From: an uncultured Gammaproteobacteria bacterium
GTDB taxonomy: Bacteria > Patescibacteriota > Patescibacteriia > Patescibacteriales > Patescibacteriaceae
Length of the DNA: 37,425 bases
Reading direction: 5' to 3'
Assembly: GCA_964435085.1 (NCBI GenBank)
Contig: CAYSXQ010000005.1
Span: 7,765 to 45,189, forward strand
The stretch's first letter is position 1, and every line of letters begins with the position of its first letter. This document shows, one piece after another, positions 1 through 6,872 of this stretch. A program made the translations under genes and the position numbers. The notes below the pieces were generated by a model. It searched no databases and was not told the DNA's origin. It was given only the letters and a program-made list of their open reading frames with translations.

Positions 1-10
1 TATCAACAGC

Positions 11-27
11 CTTTGGACTTTTAGACC
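11..27. repeat. Short dispersed copy of the GGACTT-type repeat seen around the pilC terminator
   Basis: ctttggacttttagacc at 11-27 matches ctttggactttcagact at 2151-2167 in 15 of 17 positions. Confidence 0.4.
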
Positions 28-210
28 AATGAAAACGGACTTATCAACAGACAGGTAGTTAGATGTTAGAGTCGATCTTCTACTACCGGCCTAGCTCTAA
101 TTGCTGAATATTTTTGATAAGGGCTAAAGTTAAATAAAATATTTAATTTGTTTGCGGGCTAATAAAAATAAGCTCTACAATTTTGTTAAGTGTTAAAAGC
201 CTTTAATTCA

Positions 211-239
211 TTGCTCTAATTTATTAGCTAGTGTATAAT
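211..239 (+). promoter_or_regulatory. Candidate sigma70-type promoter upstream of the HU gene
   Basis: ttgctc at 211-216, a 17-nt spacer, then tataat at 234-239. It would give a leader of about 145 nt. Confidence 0.4.
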
Positions 240-386
240 AGTTATATAAAGAGTTATAAATATTAGGAGGGGACTTTTCGCTACTACAATATTTAGTTGT
301 AAGCGGAACCACGAGCCTTGCGCCGTGGCTTTAACAATAATTAATTTTACTTCAGTTCTCGCTTGTCGAAAACGAGTAATAAATTT

Positions 387-668
387 ATGGCAAAGATGAC
401 TAAGTCACAAATTTTGGAATCATTAGCTAATGCTACTGAATTGTCCAAGAAGCAGGTTAACAATTTTTTCACCGAATTAACTAATCTCGGTTACAAGGAA
501 GTTAAGAAGAATGGTGAATTTGTCGTGCCTGGCTTTGGTAAAATCGTTAAAATGCACCGCAAGGCTCGTCAGGGTCGCAATCCAGCCACTGGCGCTACTA
601 TCCAGATCCCAGCTAAGACTGTTGTGAAGTTCCGTTTGGCTAAGGCTGCTAAGGACGCTGTTCTTTAG
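387..668 (+). CDS. hup: HU/IHF-family DNA-binding protein
   Basis: The protein ...MTKSQILESLANATELSKKQVNNFF...GFGKIVKMHRKARQGRNPATGATIQIPAKTVVKFRLAKAAKDAV has the HU fold signature (GFG..., R.GRNP.TG). The tracked ORF starts at TTG 363, with in-frame ATGs at 387 and 396. The 396 start aligns best with 90-aa HU proteins. Confidence 0.9.
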   Translation: MAKMTKSQILESLANATELSKKQVNNFFTELTNLGYKEVKKNGEFVVPGFGKIVKMHRKARQGRNPATGATIQIPAKTVVKFRLAKAAKDAVL

Positions 669-689
669 TCCTTAATTTTTTATTTCTCA

Positions 690-723
690 AAAAAGTTCCT
701 CCTTAAGGGGGAACTTTTTATTT
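690..723 (+). terminator. Intrinsic terminator after the HU gene
   Basis: Stem agttcctcc (695-702 region) pairs with gggggaact around a ttaa loop and is followed by tttttattt. Confidence 0.75.
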
Positions 724-743
724 AGCAACTTTCTTGTTTTTGG

Positions 744-763
744 AAAAAATGTTATAGTTAATC
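744..763 (+). promoter_or_regulatory. Extended -10 promoter box upstream of pilC (AAAAAATGTTATAGTTAATC)
   Basis: TG at 750-751 and TATAGT at 753-758. The 20-nt box matches 17 of 20 positions of the box upstream of the pilin gene (2189-2208). Confidence 0.45.
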
Positions 764-809
764 TTATTTAAGCATTTTAGCAGCTCTGCTAAGTGATCTA
801 TCTCTTCCT

Positions 810-2021
810 ATGCCTCTATTTAAATACAAAGTTATTAATCGTGATTTTGACAAAGAGTCTGGTACTATTGAGGCAGCCAGCGACAAGCAAGTTGAGAGTA
901 TTTTGTCTAACAAGGGCTACCAGATCATTAGCATTAGTCAAAGTTCTTCTAGCGATGGCCTCGGTAGCTTCTTTAGAGGTCTGGTCGGGCGAGTCACAAT
1001 TAAGCAGCTAGTGGTTTTCATGCGCCAGTTTTCAGTTCTGATTAGCGCTAGTGTGCCACTATCGCAATCATTGCATATTCTATCTGAACAAGTTGAGCAA
1101 CCAGCCTTACGCGCTGTTATTATGGAGATTTCCAACAATGTCGATGCTGGTGAACGTTTGTCTGAAGCTATGTCTAAGCACCGCAACGTCTTTAGTGAAT
1201 TCCACATCAGCGTTGTTCGTTCTGGTGAAACTTCTGGTAAATTGGACGAGTCTCTGATCTACTTAGCTGACGAAGAAGAAAAAAACTACGAAATGGTGCG
1301 TAAGCTCAAGGGAGCTATGACTTATCCAGTCATCATTCTTATTACTATGGCTGGAGTTGGTGTGGCTATGATGATCTTTGTAGTGCCAAAACTCGTTACT
1401 ATTTTTAATGAAGTCGGTGGTGAATTGCCGATTATGACTAGGATGTTGATTGGTATTTCTGATCTAGTGCTCAACTATTGGTGGGCGTTACTGGCTGCTC
1501 TGCTGGGCCTAGTTCTCTTTATTAAATTTCTAACTAATAAGCCCTTTGGCAAACGCTATATCGACCTCGCTCTCTTCCGTATTCCTATTTTTGGTAATAT
1601 TATCAAGAAAATGGCTATGGTTCGTTTTTGTCGCACTATGAGTACTTTGCTAGTTGGCGGTGTGACCATCTCGAATAGTCTAAAGATCTCTAAGGGTATC
1701 GTCGGCAATTCTGTCTTCCAGGATCTAGTCACTGAGACCATCGCTGAAGTTGAAGAAGGTAATTCTGTCTCCACCGCCTTTCTTCGTTCCAAAGAAATTC
1801 CTGTTATGATGCCAAAGATGATGATGATCGGTGAAAAGACCGGTAAGCTTGACTTCGTCTTGGTTAAAATCGCCGACTTCTATGCTAAAGAATTAGATGC
1901 TATTCTTGATAACTTAATGGTTATTCTCGAGCCAGTCATCATGGTCTTCATGGGTATCGCCGTGCTCTTTATGGCAATGGCGATTATTATGCCGATGTAT
2001 AATTTGACTAGCCAGTTCTAG
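810..2021 (+). CDS. pilC: Type IV pilus assembly platform protein PilC (GspF/T2SS-F family)
   Basis: 403 aa. The N-terminus MPLFKYKVINRDFDKESGTIEAAS...ILSNKGYQIISI is typical of PilC. There are two GspF-like repeats with the usual three TM segments, and the C-terminus ends ...MPMYNLTSQF. Confidence 0.9.
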   Translation: MPLFKYKVINRDFDKESGTIEAASDKQVESILSNKGYQIISISQSSSSDGLGSFFRGLVGRVTIKQLVVFMRQFSVLISASVPLSQSLHILSEQVEQPALRAVIMEISNNVDAGERLSEAMSKHRNVFSEFHISVVRSGETSGKLDESLIYLADEEEKNYEMVRKLKGAMTYPVIILITMAGVGVAMMIFVVPKLVTIFNEVGGELPIMTRMLIGISDLVLNYWWALLAALLGLVLFIKFLTNKPFGKRYIDLALFRIPIFGNIIKKMAMVRFCRTMSTLLVGGVTISNSLKISKGIVGNSVFQDLVTETIAEVEEGNSVSTAFLRSKEIPVMMPKMMMIGEKTGKLDFVLVKIADFYAKELDAILDNLMVILEPVIMVFMGIAVLFMAMAIIMPMYNLTSQF

Positions 2022-2022
2022 A

Positions 2023-2168
2023 AAGTCTGAAAGTTCAAAGTCGTAAGTCGTAAGTCTCAAAGATTCAAATGATAAAAAATAAAAGCGTCTCAGATTTGAG
2101 ACGCTTTTATTTTACTAAGTCTATGTTTACACAGTACTTTAGACTTTCGACTTTGGACTTTCAGACTT
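2023..2168. repeat. Nested palindrome: a 28-bp imperfect inverted repeat (arms 2023-2057 and 2141-2168) enclosing the pilC terminator
   Basis: The left arm is aagtctgaaagttcaaagtcgtaagtc. The reverse complement of the right arm is aagtctgaaagtccaaagtcgaaagtct, giving 2 mismatches over 28 nt. The left arm carries an extra tandem gtaagtc unit. Confidence 0.7.
2084..2113 (+). terminator. Intrinsic terminator after pilC
   Basis: A perfect 9-bp stem, agcgtctca (2084-2092) with tgagacgct (2097-2105), has a gatt loop and is followed by tttatttt. Confidence 0.85.
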
Positions 2169-2188
2169 AACCGTTTGTATCTTTTTTT

Positions 2189-2208
2189 AAAAAATGTTAT
2201 TATGAATC
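2189..2208 (+). promoter_or_regulatory. Extended -10 promoter box upstream of the pilin gene (AAAAAATGTTATTATGAATC)
   Basis: TG at 2195-2196 and TATTAT at 2198-2203. It shares its box with the pilC promoter region. A strong SD, gggggg-tg, lies at 2285-2292, 6-7 nt before the ATG. Confidence 0.45.
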
Positions 2209-2297
2209 CATAGAAGAAGTTTATTTAGAAAATATTTTTTAGGTAAACTTGTTAATTTGTTTATGTTGGCAAACAACTCAAGAAGGGGGGTGAAACT

Positions 2298-2741
2298 ATG
2301 AATAAAATGAAGAAAGGTTTCACTCTTATCGAACTCTTAGTGGTTATTGTTATTATTGGTATTCTTGCTACCTTGGCGACTGTCGCCTTAGGCTCTGCTC
2401 GTACCAAGGCTCGCGACGCCCGTCGTTTGTCTGACGTTCGTCAGATGCAGACTGCTTTAGAACTCTACTTCAACGACCAAGGTGGATATCCTGCCACAGC
2501 TACTGTAGCTCCTGGCTTGTCTATTTCCACCGCTGGCGGTACTTACATGGCTAAGATTCCAGGTAACCCAGCTCCTTACGGTGAAGGCGGTTGTCCTAGT
2601 GCTGCTGCTAACTCTGCTTACATCTACACTCAGGATAACGGTGGCTTGTCCTACACTATCTTGTACTGCTTAGGCGGTGCAACTGGTTCAATTTCCGCTG
2701 GTACTAACAGGGCAACTCCTGCTGGTATTACTGGTAGTTAA
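2298..2741 (+). CDS. Type IV (major) pilin with a class III prepilin signal
   Basis: 147 aa. MNKMKKG|[17 protein letters not shown] is a canonical prepilin cleavage/N-methylation motif with Glu at +5. Cys99 and Cys124 could form a C-terminal disulfide loop. The tail is Ser/Thr/Gly-rich and ends in Ser147. Confidence 0.9.
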   Translation: MNKMKKGFTLIELLVVIVIIGILATLATVALGSARTKARDARRLSDVRQMQTALELYFNDQGGYPATATVAPGLSISTAGGTYMAKIPGNPAPYGEGGCPSAAANSAYIYTQDNGGLSYTILYCLGGATGSISAGTNRATPAGITGS

Positions 2742-2760
2742 TCACCATCGATCTAAAAAT

Positions 2761-2790
2761 ACTCAGCCTCGGCTGGGTATTTTTTATTTT
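2761..2790 (+). terminator. Intrinsic terminator after the pilin gene
   Basis: actcagcc pairs with ggctgggt and is followed by attttttatttt. Confidence 0.7.
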
Positions 2791-2797
2791 AGCGGGG

Positions 2798-2806
2798 TGT
2801 TATAAT
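2798..2806 (+). promoter_or_regulatory. Extended -10 promoter (TGtTATAAT) ending 9 nt before the ATG of the Wzy_C gene
   Basis: tg at 2798-2799 and tataat at 2801-2806, with the ATG at 2816. This implies a leaderless or near-leaderless mRNA. Confidence 0.5.
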
Positions 2807-2815
2807 ATTTTCACT

Positions 2816-5116
2816 ATGATAGTCAATTCTACTCGCCTTGTGTCAATTTGCGACCGTGTTATTAATTGGTCAATCTACACTAGCTTAGCTCTAGTCCCAA
2901 TTATCTTTGCTTTTTGGCAAGAGAATTTTAATATTTTTGAGTTAAACAAACTGCTTGTTTTTAAAAGCGCTTTAGTCTTAGCCTGGCTAGCTCTGCTTAT
3001 CAAAATTACTATCACTAAGCAGTTGAAACTTAGTTTTGACTCTAAGATCCTGGTGGTCCTAGTAGTTTTGTTTATCTACATCATCGCTAATACTTTTCTT
3101 GCCCTTGACCCAGAGCAAAGCTTCTTTGGTATTTATATGCGTCAGCAGGGGGTACTTAGTCTTATTTATTATTGGCTCTACTTCCTGCTCCTGCTCTTTC
3201 ACCTGCGGCCAGACCAATCCTTGCGACCTTATCTACTTGCTATTGCTGTCGGTCTGTTACCGGTGCTTAGTTATGCCTTTGCTCAGAAGCTAGGCTTTGA
3301 TCCTTTGCGCTGGACGGAGCCAGGGACTGGTCGCACTTTTGCTAATCTCGGTCAACCTAATTTCCTAGCCTACTACCTCGACCTCACTATCTTTCTCTTG
3401 CTGGCCTCCTGGTCCTGGCTGAGTAAGACTTGGCATAAGCTGTTTTTACTCTTCATTACCGCTCTGCAACTAGTCGTTCTCAGCTTCACTACTAGTCGCG
3501 GCGGTTTAATCGGTCTAATCGCTGGCGCCCTAGTCTTACTAGCTGCTAAGCTGTGGCGCTCGGGCCACAAAAAAACCCTATTCATCTCTCTTAGTTCTGT
3601 CATCGCTCTTGTTATCGCTTCGCATTTCTTTGTCCATACTCTAGTGGCCAGGAACATTATTACTAATCCTGTCTTGATCCACTACGCCTCATCATTTAGC
3701 AGTCCTAGTGGCTCTAGTCAGGTTAGGCTTTTCTATTGGCGCTCAGCTTGGCAGGATTTTGAGGCTAGTTCTTGGTCGAGGCGACTGTTGGGCTATGGCA
3801 AAGACGGCCAGCGCTCAGTCTTTGTTCGTTACTATCAGCCAACTTGGGGCTTACACGAGAAGCTTAATTCCTATCCTGATCGCGCTCACAATCTCATTAT
3901 TGATATTTATTTAGAATTTGGCTTGATCGGCCTTGCTCTCTTTGCCTGGCTTAGTCTCTTAGTTGCCAGTCGCTCACTTAAATTCTGGCACACTTCAAGC
4001 ACTCCTATCGCCAAATTAATCCCATATCTACTAGCCGCTCTTGTTGCCTATTTTGCCAGCAATCTCTTTGGCTTCCCTCTGACAACCCATTATCTTTATT
4101 ATTATTTCATCCTTGCTCTACTCTGGATTATCGCTACCTCTGCTTCCGAGCGGATTATTAAATTGCCCTTCTCTTCACTCTTTTGCTGGCTTACTATTGC
4201 TGGTCTTACTGCTTTTCAGGCCTTCTTCTTGTGGCAGTTTACCTACAAATATTTCATTGCTGATACTTATTTCATGAAGGCTAAAGTTGCTGAAGCTCGC
4301 CTTGATTGTGCCGGCGTCATTACTAATCTAAATCAAACTATAGCTTGGCAGCCGCTGGATCTGTACTATCAAGAAAAATTTATCTTCATGTCTAATAACT
4401 GTCTGCCTCTCATTGATCAGGCTAGTCGCAAACAAGTGCTCAGGGCCTTATTGGAGCAATTATCGAAGCTGCGAGAGCGACCCTATGACTACGATCTAAC
4501 TCTCAACATCGCTCGCTCCTATTCGCTCTTTGCTTACTACTTTGATCCTAAGTACTATGCCGAGGCCGAGGGCTACTATCAACAATTAATCCAGCTTAAT
4601 CCCGACATCTTATCTGCCTACCAAGACTACGGCCGCATGAAAATCTGGGCAGGGGACTATGAAGCTGCTAAATCCATCTTTCGTCAGGGCATAGCTCGTA
4701 GCCCGATGCAGATCAGTAATTATCAAGACTTCGGCTACACCGATTTGATCAATGGTCAGACTTACTATCTCTGGCAGCTTATCGCCACCTGTGACTACAA
4801 TCAAAAGAACTTCAAAGAGGCCTTAGCTGTTTATCTAGACATCGAGTCTAAGCGTTTAGTTAGTGTTGAGCTTTATAAAAACATCGCCGATTCCTACTAC
4901 CAACTTAATAATTATCCGCAAACAGAGGTTTATTTAAAAAAGAATCTTGTTCTGGTGCCATCTGATATTAACATTAATTTAAATTTGGCTACTTTCTATA
5001 TGGAGCGCAATAATATTAAGGAGGCTAGGCGCTTCGCTCAGGCGGCTCTAGTAATCGATCCTAATAATGAAGATGTCCTTAAATTGATCGCTAAATTAAA
5101 AGACTTACTAAAATAA
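2816..5116 (+). CDS. Wzy_C-family membrane protein (O-antigen ligase / protein O-oligosaccharyltransferase family) with C-terminal TPR repeats
   Basis: 766 aa. The first ~480 aa contain many hydrophobic segments. Wzy_C-type motifs are FTTSRGGLIGLIAG and ...YPDRAHNLIIDIYLEFGLIGL. The last ~290 aa are TPR-like (AEAEGYYQQLIQLNPD..., YKNIADSYYQLNNYPQTEVYLKKNL..., EARRFAQAALVIDPNN). Confidence 0.8.
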   Translation: MIVNSTRLVSICDRVINWSIYTSLALVPIIFAFWQENFNIFELNKLLVFKSALVLAWLALLIKITITKQLKLSFDSKILVVLVVLFIYIIANTFLALDPEQSFFGIYMRQQGVLSLIYYWLYFLLLLFHLRPDQSLRPYLLAIAVGLLPVLSYAFAQKLGFDPLRWTEPGTGRTFANLGQPNFLAYYLDLTIFLLLASWSWLSKTWHKLFLLFITALQLVVLSFTTSRGGLIGLIAGALVLLAAKLWRSGHKKTLFISLSSVIALVIASHFFVHTLVARNIITNPVLIHYASSFSSPSGSSQVRLFYWRSAWQDFEASSWSRRLLGYGKDGQRSVFVRYYQPTWGLHEKLNSYPDRAHNLIIDIYLEFGLIGLALFAWLSLLVASRSLKFWHTSSTPIAKLIPYLLAALVAYFASNLFGFPLTTHYLYYYFILALLWIIATSASERIIKLPFSSLFCWLTIAGLTAFQAFFLWQFTYKYFIADTYFMKAKVAEARLDCAGVITNLNQTIAWQPLDLYYQEKFIFMSNNCLPLIDQASRKQVLRALLEQLSKLRERPYDYDLTLNIARSYSLFAYYFDPKYYAEAEGYYQQLIQLNPDILSAYQDYGRMKIWAGDYEAAKSIFRQGIARSPMQISNYQDFGYTDLINGQTYYLWQLIATCDYNQKNFKEALAVYLDIESKRLVSVELYKNIADSYYQLNNYPQTEVYLKKNLVLVPSDININLNLATFYMERNNIKEARRFAQAALVIDPNNEDVLKLIAKLKDLLK

Positions 5117-5118
5117 AA

Positions 5119-5138
5119 AGCCGTAATAAATTACGGCT
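5119..5138 (-). terminator. Hairpin terminator between convergent genes; the T-tract lies on the minus strand
   Basis: agccgtaa (5119-5126) pairs with ttacggct (5131-5138). The a-run upstream on the plus strand gives ttttatttt after the stem on the minus strand, so it serves the Nudix gene. There is no T-tract on the plus strand. Confidence 0.65.
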
Positions 5139-5156
5139 AGTAAAAATATCCAAGTC

Positions 5157-5639
5157 TTAGCTAGAGCTAAGCTTTAAAATATTATAGTCTTCAGCAAATT
5201 TTTGATGAATCGGATGCATTTCTTCTGGTGCTTTTTCAAAAAAACCAAATTCTGAAGCTTCATGATTGAGTTTGATTATGTTTATCAAATCATCAGGGAT
5301 ATTCAATTGCAGCGCTATACTAACGCTGTGTTTATAGCTACCGTCTGCTAATATTCCGTCCTCAAGAAATTCCATAGCTCCAAGTACTTTACAGGAGATT
5401 TCTGTTGGGCTAATACCTAGCTCGTTCTCGAGTATACGATTTATTGCAAGCTTAAAACTTTCACCCTTTCTTATGCCTCCACCAGGGAAGTGCCATAATT
5501 TATTATATGGCTCAATGGCTCGTCTTGTTAAAAGAACTTTGCCTCCGCTGTCTATAATCACACCATCGACGCAGACTCTAGCAGCGTGTTCTTGGATCAT
5601 GTTATAAATATCATTTGGCACGGTTTCACCTATTTTCAT
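5157..5639 (-). CDS. Nudix hydrolase, possibly a GDP-sugar (GDP-mannose mannosyl hydrolase-like) hydrolase
   Basis: 160 aa with the Nudix box PGGGIRKGESFKLAINRILENELG. Size and box layout resemble Gmm/WcaH-type enzymes found in glycan loci. A GGAG SD lies 8 nt before the ATG. Confidence 0.7.
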   Translation of the reverse strand: MKIGETVPNDIYNMIQEHAARVCVDGVIIDSGGKVLLTRRAIEPYNKLWHFPGGGIRKGESFKLAINRILENELGISPTEISCKVLGAMEFLEDGILADGSYKHSVSIALQLNIPDDLINIIKLNHEASEFGFFEKAPEEMHPIHQKFAEDYNILKLSSS

Positions 5640-5682
5640 GGCTGATTCTCCAACCTACTTAGTAAAAGACAATTGTAAAAAT

Positions 5683-5711
5683 ATTATATAATCAATTAAT
5701 GTTTTTGTCAA
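5683..5711 (-). promoter_or_regulatory. Consensus sigma70 promoter for the Nudix gene (TTGACA-17-TATAAT)
   Basis: On the minus strand, TTGACA is the reverse complement of 5706-5711. A 17-nt spacer follows, then TATAAT (reverse complement of 5683-5688), about 44 nt upstream of the ATG at 5639. Confidence 0.65.
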
Positions 5712-5732
5712 GGTATACTTAATGGCTATAAC
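5705..5732 (+). promoter_or_regulatory. Candidate plus-strand promoter for the glycan operon (TTGTCA-16-TATAAC)
   Basis: ttgtca at 5705-5710 overlaps the minus-strand -35 through the palindrome ttgtcaa/ttgacaa. tataac lies at 5727-5732. The leader to ATG 5908 would be about 170 nt. Confidence 0.3.
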
Positions 5733-5907
5733 GAATAGTCTTCATAATAGAGTCTGTTTTTTAATAGCTAATTTAGTAAGTACTTGTTTATATCAAAACT
5801 AAAAAATGGCAAAAGGTCAAGTTGCCTTTTTGCTATAAAAAACCTATTATTATCTATGTATTACAGTATAAAAATTCATTCAGATTTCTAAAATTAATTA
5901 TTTTTTT

Positions 5908-6870
5908 ATGAAGCAAGTGTTGGTTTGCGGCGCTGGTGGTTTTATCGGCAGTCATTTGGTTAAAAAGCTTAAAAATGAAGGTGCTTGGGTAAGGGGAGTC
6001 GATCTGAAGTATCCGGAATTTAGTCTCACTCATGCCGATGAATTTATCATTGGTGATTTACGTTCTCAACAGATTGTTGCCTCGATCTTGGATCGTCCTT
6101 TTGATGAAGTTTATCAATTAGCGGCTGATATGGGTGGGGCCGGTTACATTTTTACCGGTGAGCACGACGCCGATGTGATGTACAATAGCGCCATGATCAA
6201 TTTAAACATTGCTCATTATGGTCGTCTTGCTGGCATTCACAAAGTTTTTTATTCCTCTTCGGCTTGTATCTATCCTACTCACAATCAGCTTGATCCTAGT
6301 AATCCTAGGTGCAGTGAAGCAAGCGCTTATCCAGCAGCACCTGACAGTGAGTATGGCTGGGAGAAGCTTTTTAGTGAGCGTTTATATTTATCCTATGCTC
6401 GCAATTACGGTCTTAATATTCGCGTCGCTCGCTTTCATAATATTTTTGGACCTGAGGGTGCTTGGCGCGGTGGCAAAGACAAGGCTCCAGCTGCCATCTG
6501 TCGCAAAGTTGCAGAGGCTGTCGATGGCGCTGAGATTGAAATCTGGGGTGATGGTAAGCAGACCCGCAGCTTTTTGTATATTGATGAATGTCTAGAAGGT
6601 GTCTCAAGGCTCATGGCCTCTGACTTCATTGGCCCAGTCAATATTGGCTCTGAGGAAATGGTTAGTATCAATCAACTAGCAGAAGCTGTTATGACAATAG
6701 CTGCTAAAAATTTATCTATTAAGCATGTCTCTGGTCCCTTGGGTGTTCGAGGTCGCAATAGTGACAATAATCTCTTGCGTGAAAAATTGGCCTGGGCTCC
6801 TACTACTACTCTCAGACATGGCTTGGAAAAAACTTTCCATTGGATTAATGAGCAAGTAAAGAATCAATAA
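5908..6870 (+). CDS. GDP-mannose 3,5-epimerase (GME-type extended SDR)
   Basis: 320 aa with GAGGFIGSHL. Long blocks match plant GME as I recall it: LAADMGGAGYI, SSSACIYP, ARFHNIFGPEGAWRGGKDKAPAAICRK, GDGKQTRSFLYIDECLEGVSRL, PVNIGSEEMVSINQLAE, GPLGVRGRNSDNNLLREKLAWAP. Confidence 0.85.
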   Translation: MKQVLVCGAGGFIGSHLVKKLKNEGAWVRGVDLKYPEFSLTHADEFIIGDLRSQQIVASILDRPFDEVYQLAADMGGAGYIFTGEHDADVMYNSAMINLNIAHYGRLAGIHKVFYSSSACIYPTHNQLDPSNPRCSEASAYPAAPDSEYGWEKLFSERLYLSYARNYGLNIRVARFHNIFGPEGAWRGGKDKAPAAICRKVAEAVDGAEIEIWGDGKQTRSFLYIDECLEGVSRLMASDFIGPVNIGSEEMVSINQLAEAVMTIAAKNLSIKHVSGPLGVRGRNSDNNLLREKLAWAPTTTLRHGLEKTFHWINEQVKNQ

Positions 6871-6872
6871 TC

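Noticed and set aside
265-360. SD-like aggagggg (265-272) and small hairpins in the ~145-nt region upstream of the HU gene, considered as a micro-ORF or riboswitch
   Set aside because: No start codon lies at a usable distance from the SD-like sequence. The stems are short (5-9 bp with mismatches), and I recognise no known leader or riboswitch.
793-1792. Tracked ORFs 793-1011(+), 938-1207(-), 1051-1257(+) and 1556-1792(-) inside pilC
   Set aside because: They lie entirely within the well-supported pilC reading frame in other frames or on the other strand. They have no motifs and no start signals, so they are shadow ORFs.
5809-5833. Hairpin gcaaaagg/ccttttt-gc in the leader of the epimerase gene, considered as an attenuator or terminator
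   Set aside because: The stem is 8 bp with a bulge and the T-run is part of the stem. On the minus strand it would terminate nothing, so it is too weak to call.
6209-6671. Tracked ORFs 6209-6595(+), 6413-6607(-) and 6435-6671(-) within the epimerase gene
   Set aside because: They overlap a CDS that has very strong family-level similarity to GME, so they are alternative-frame artefacts.
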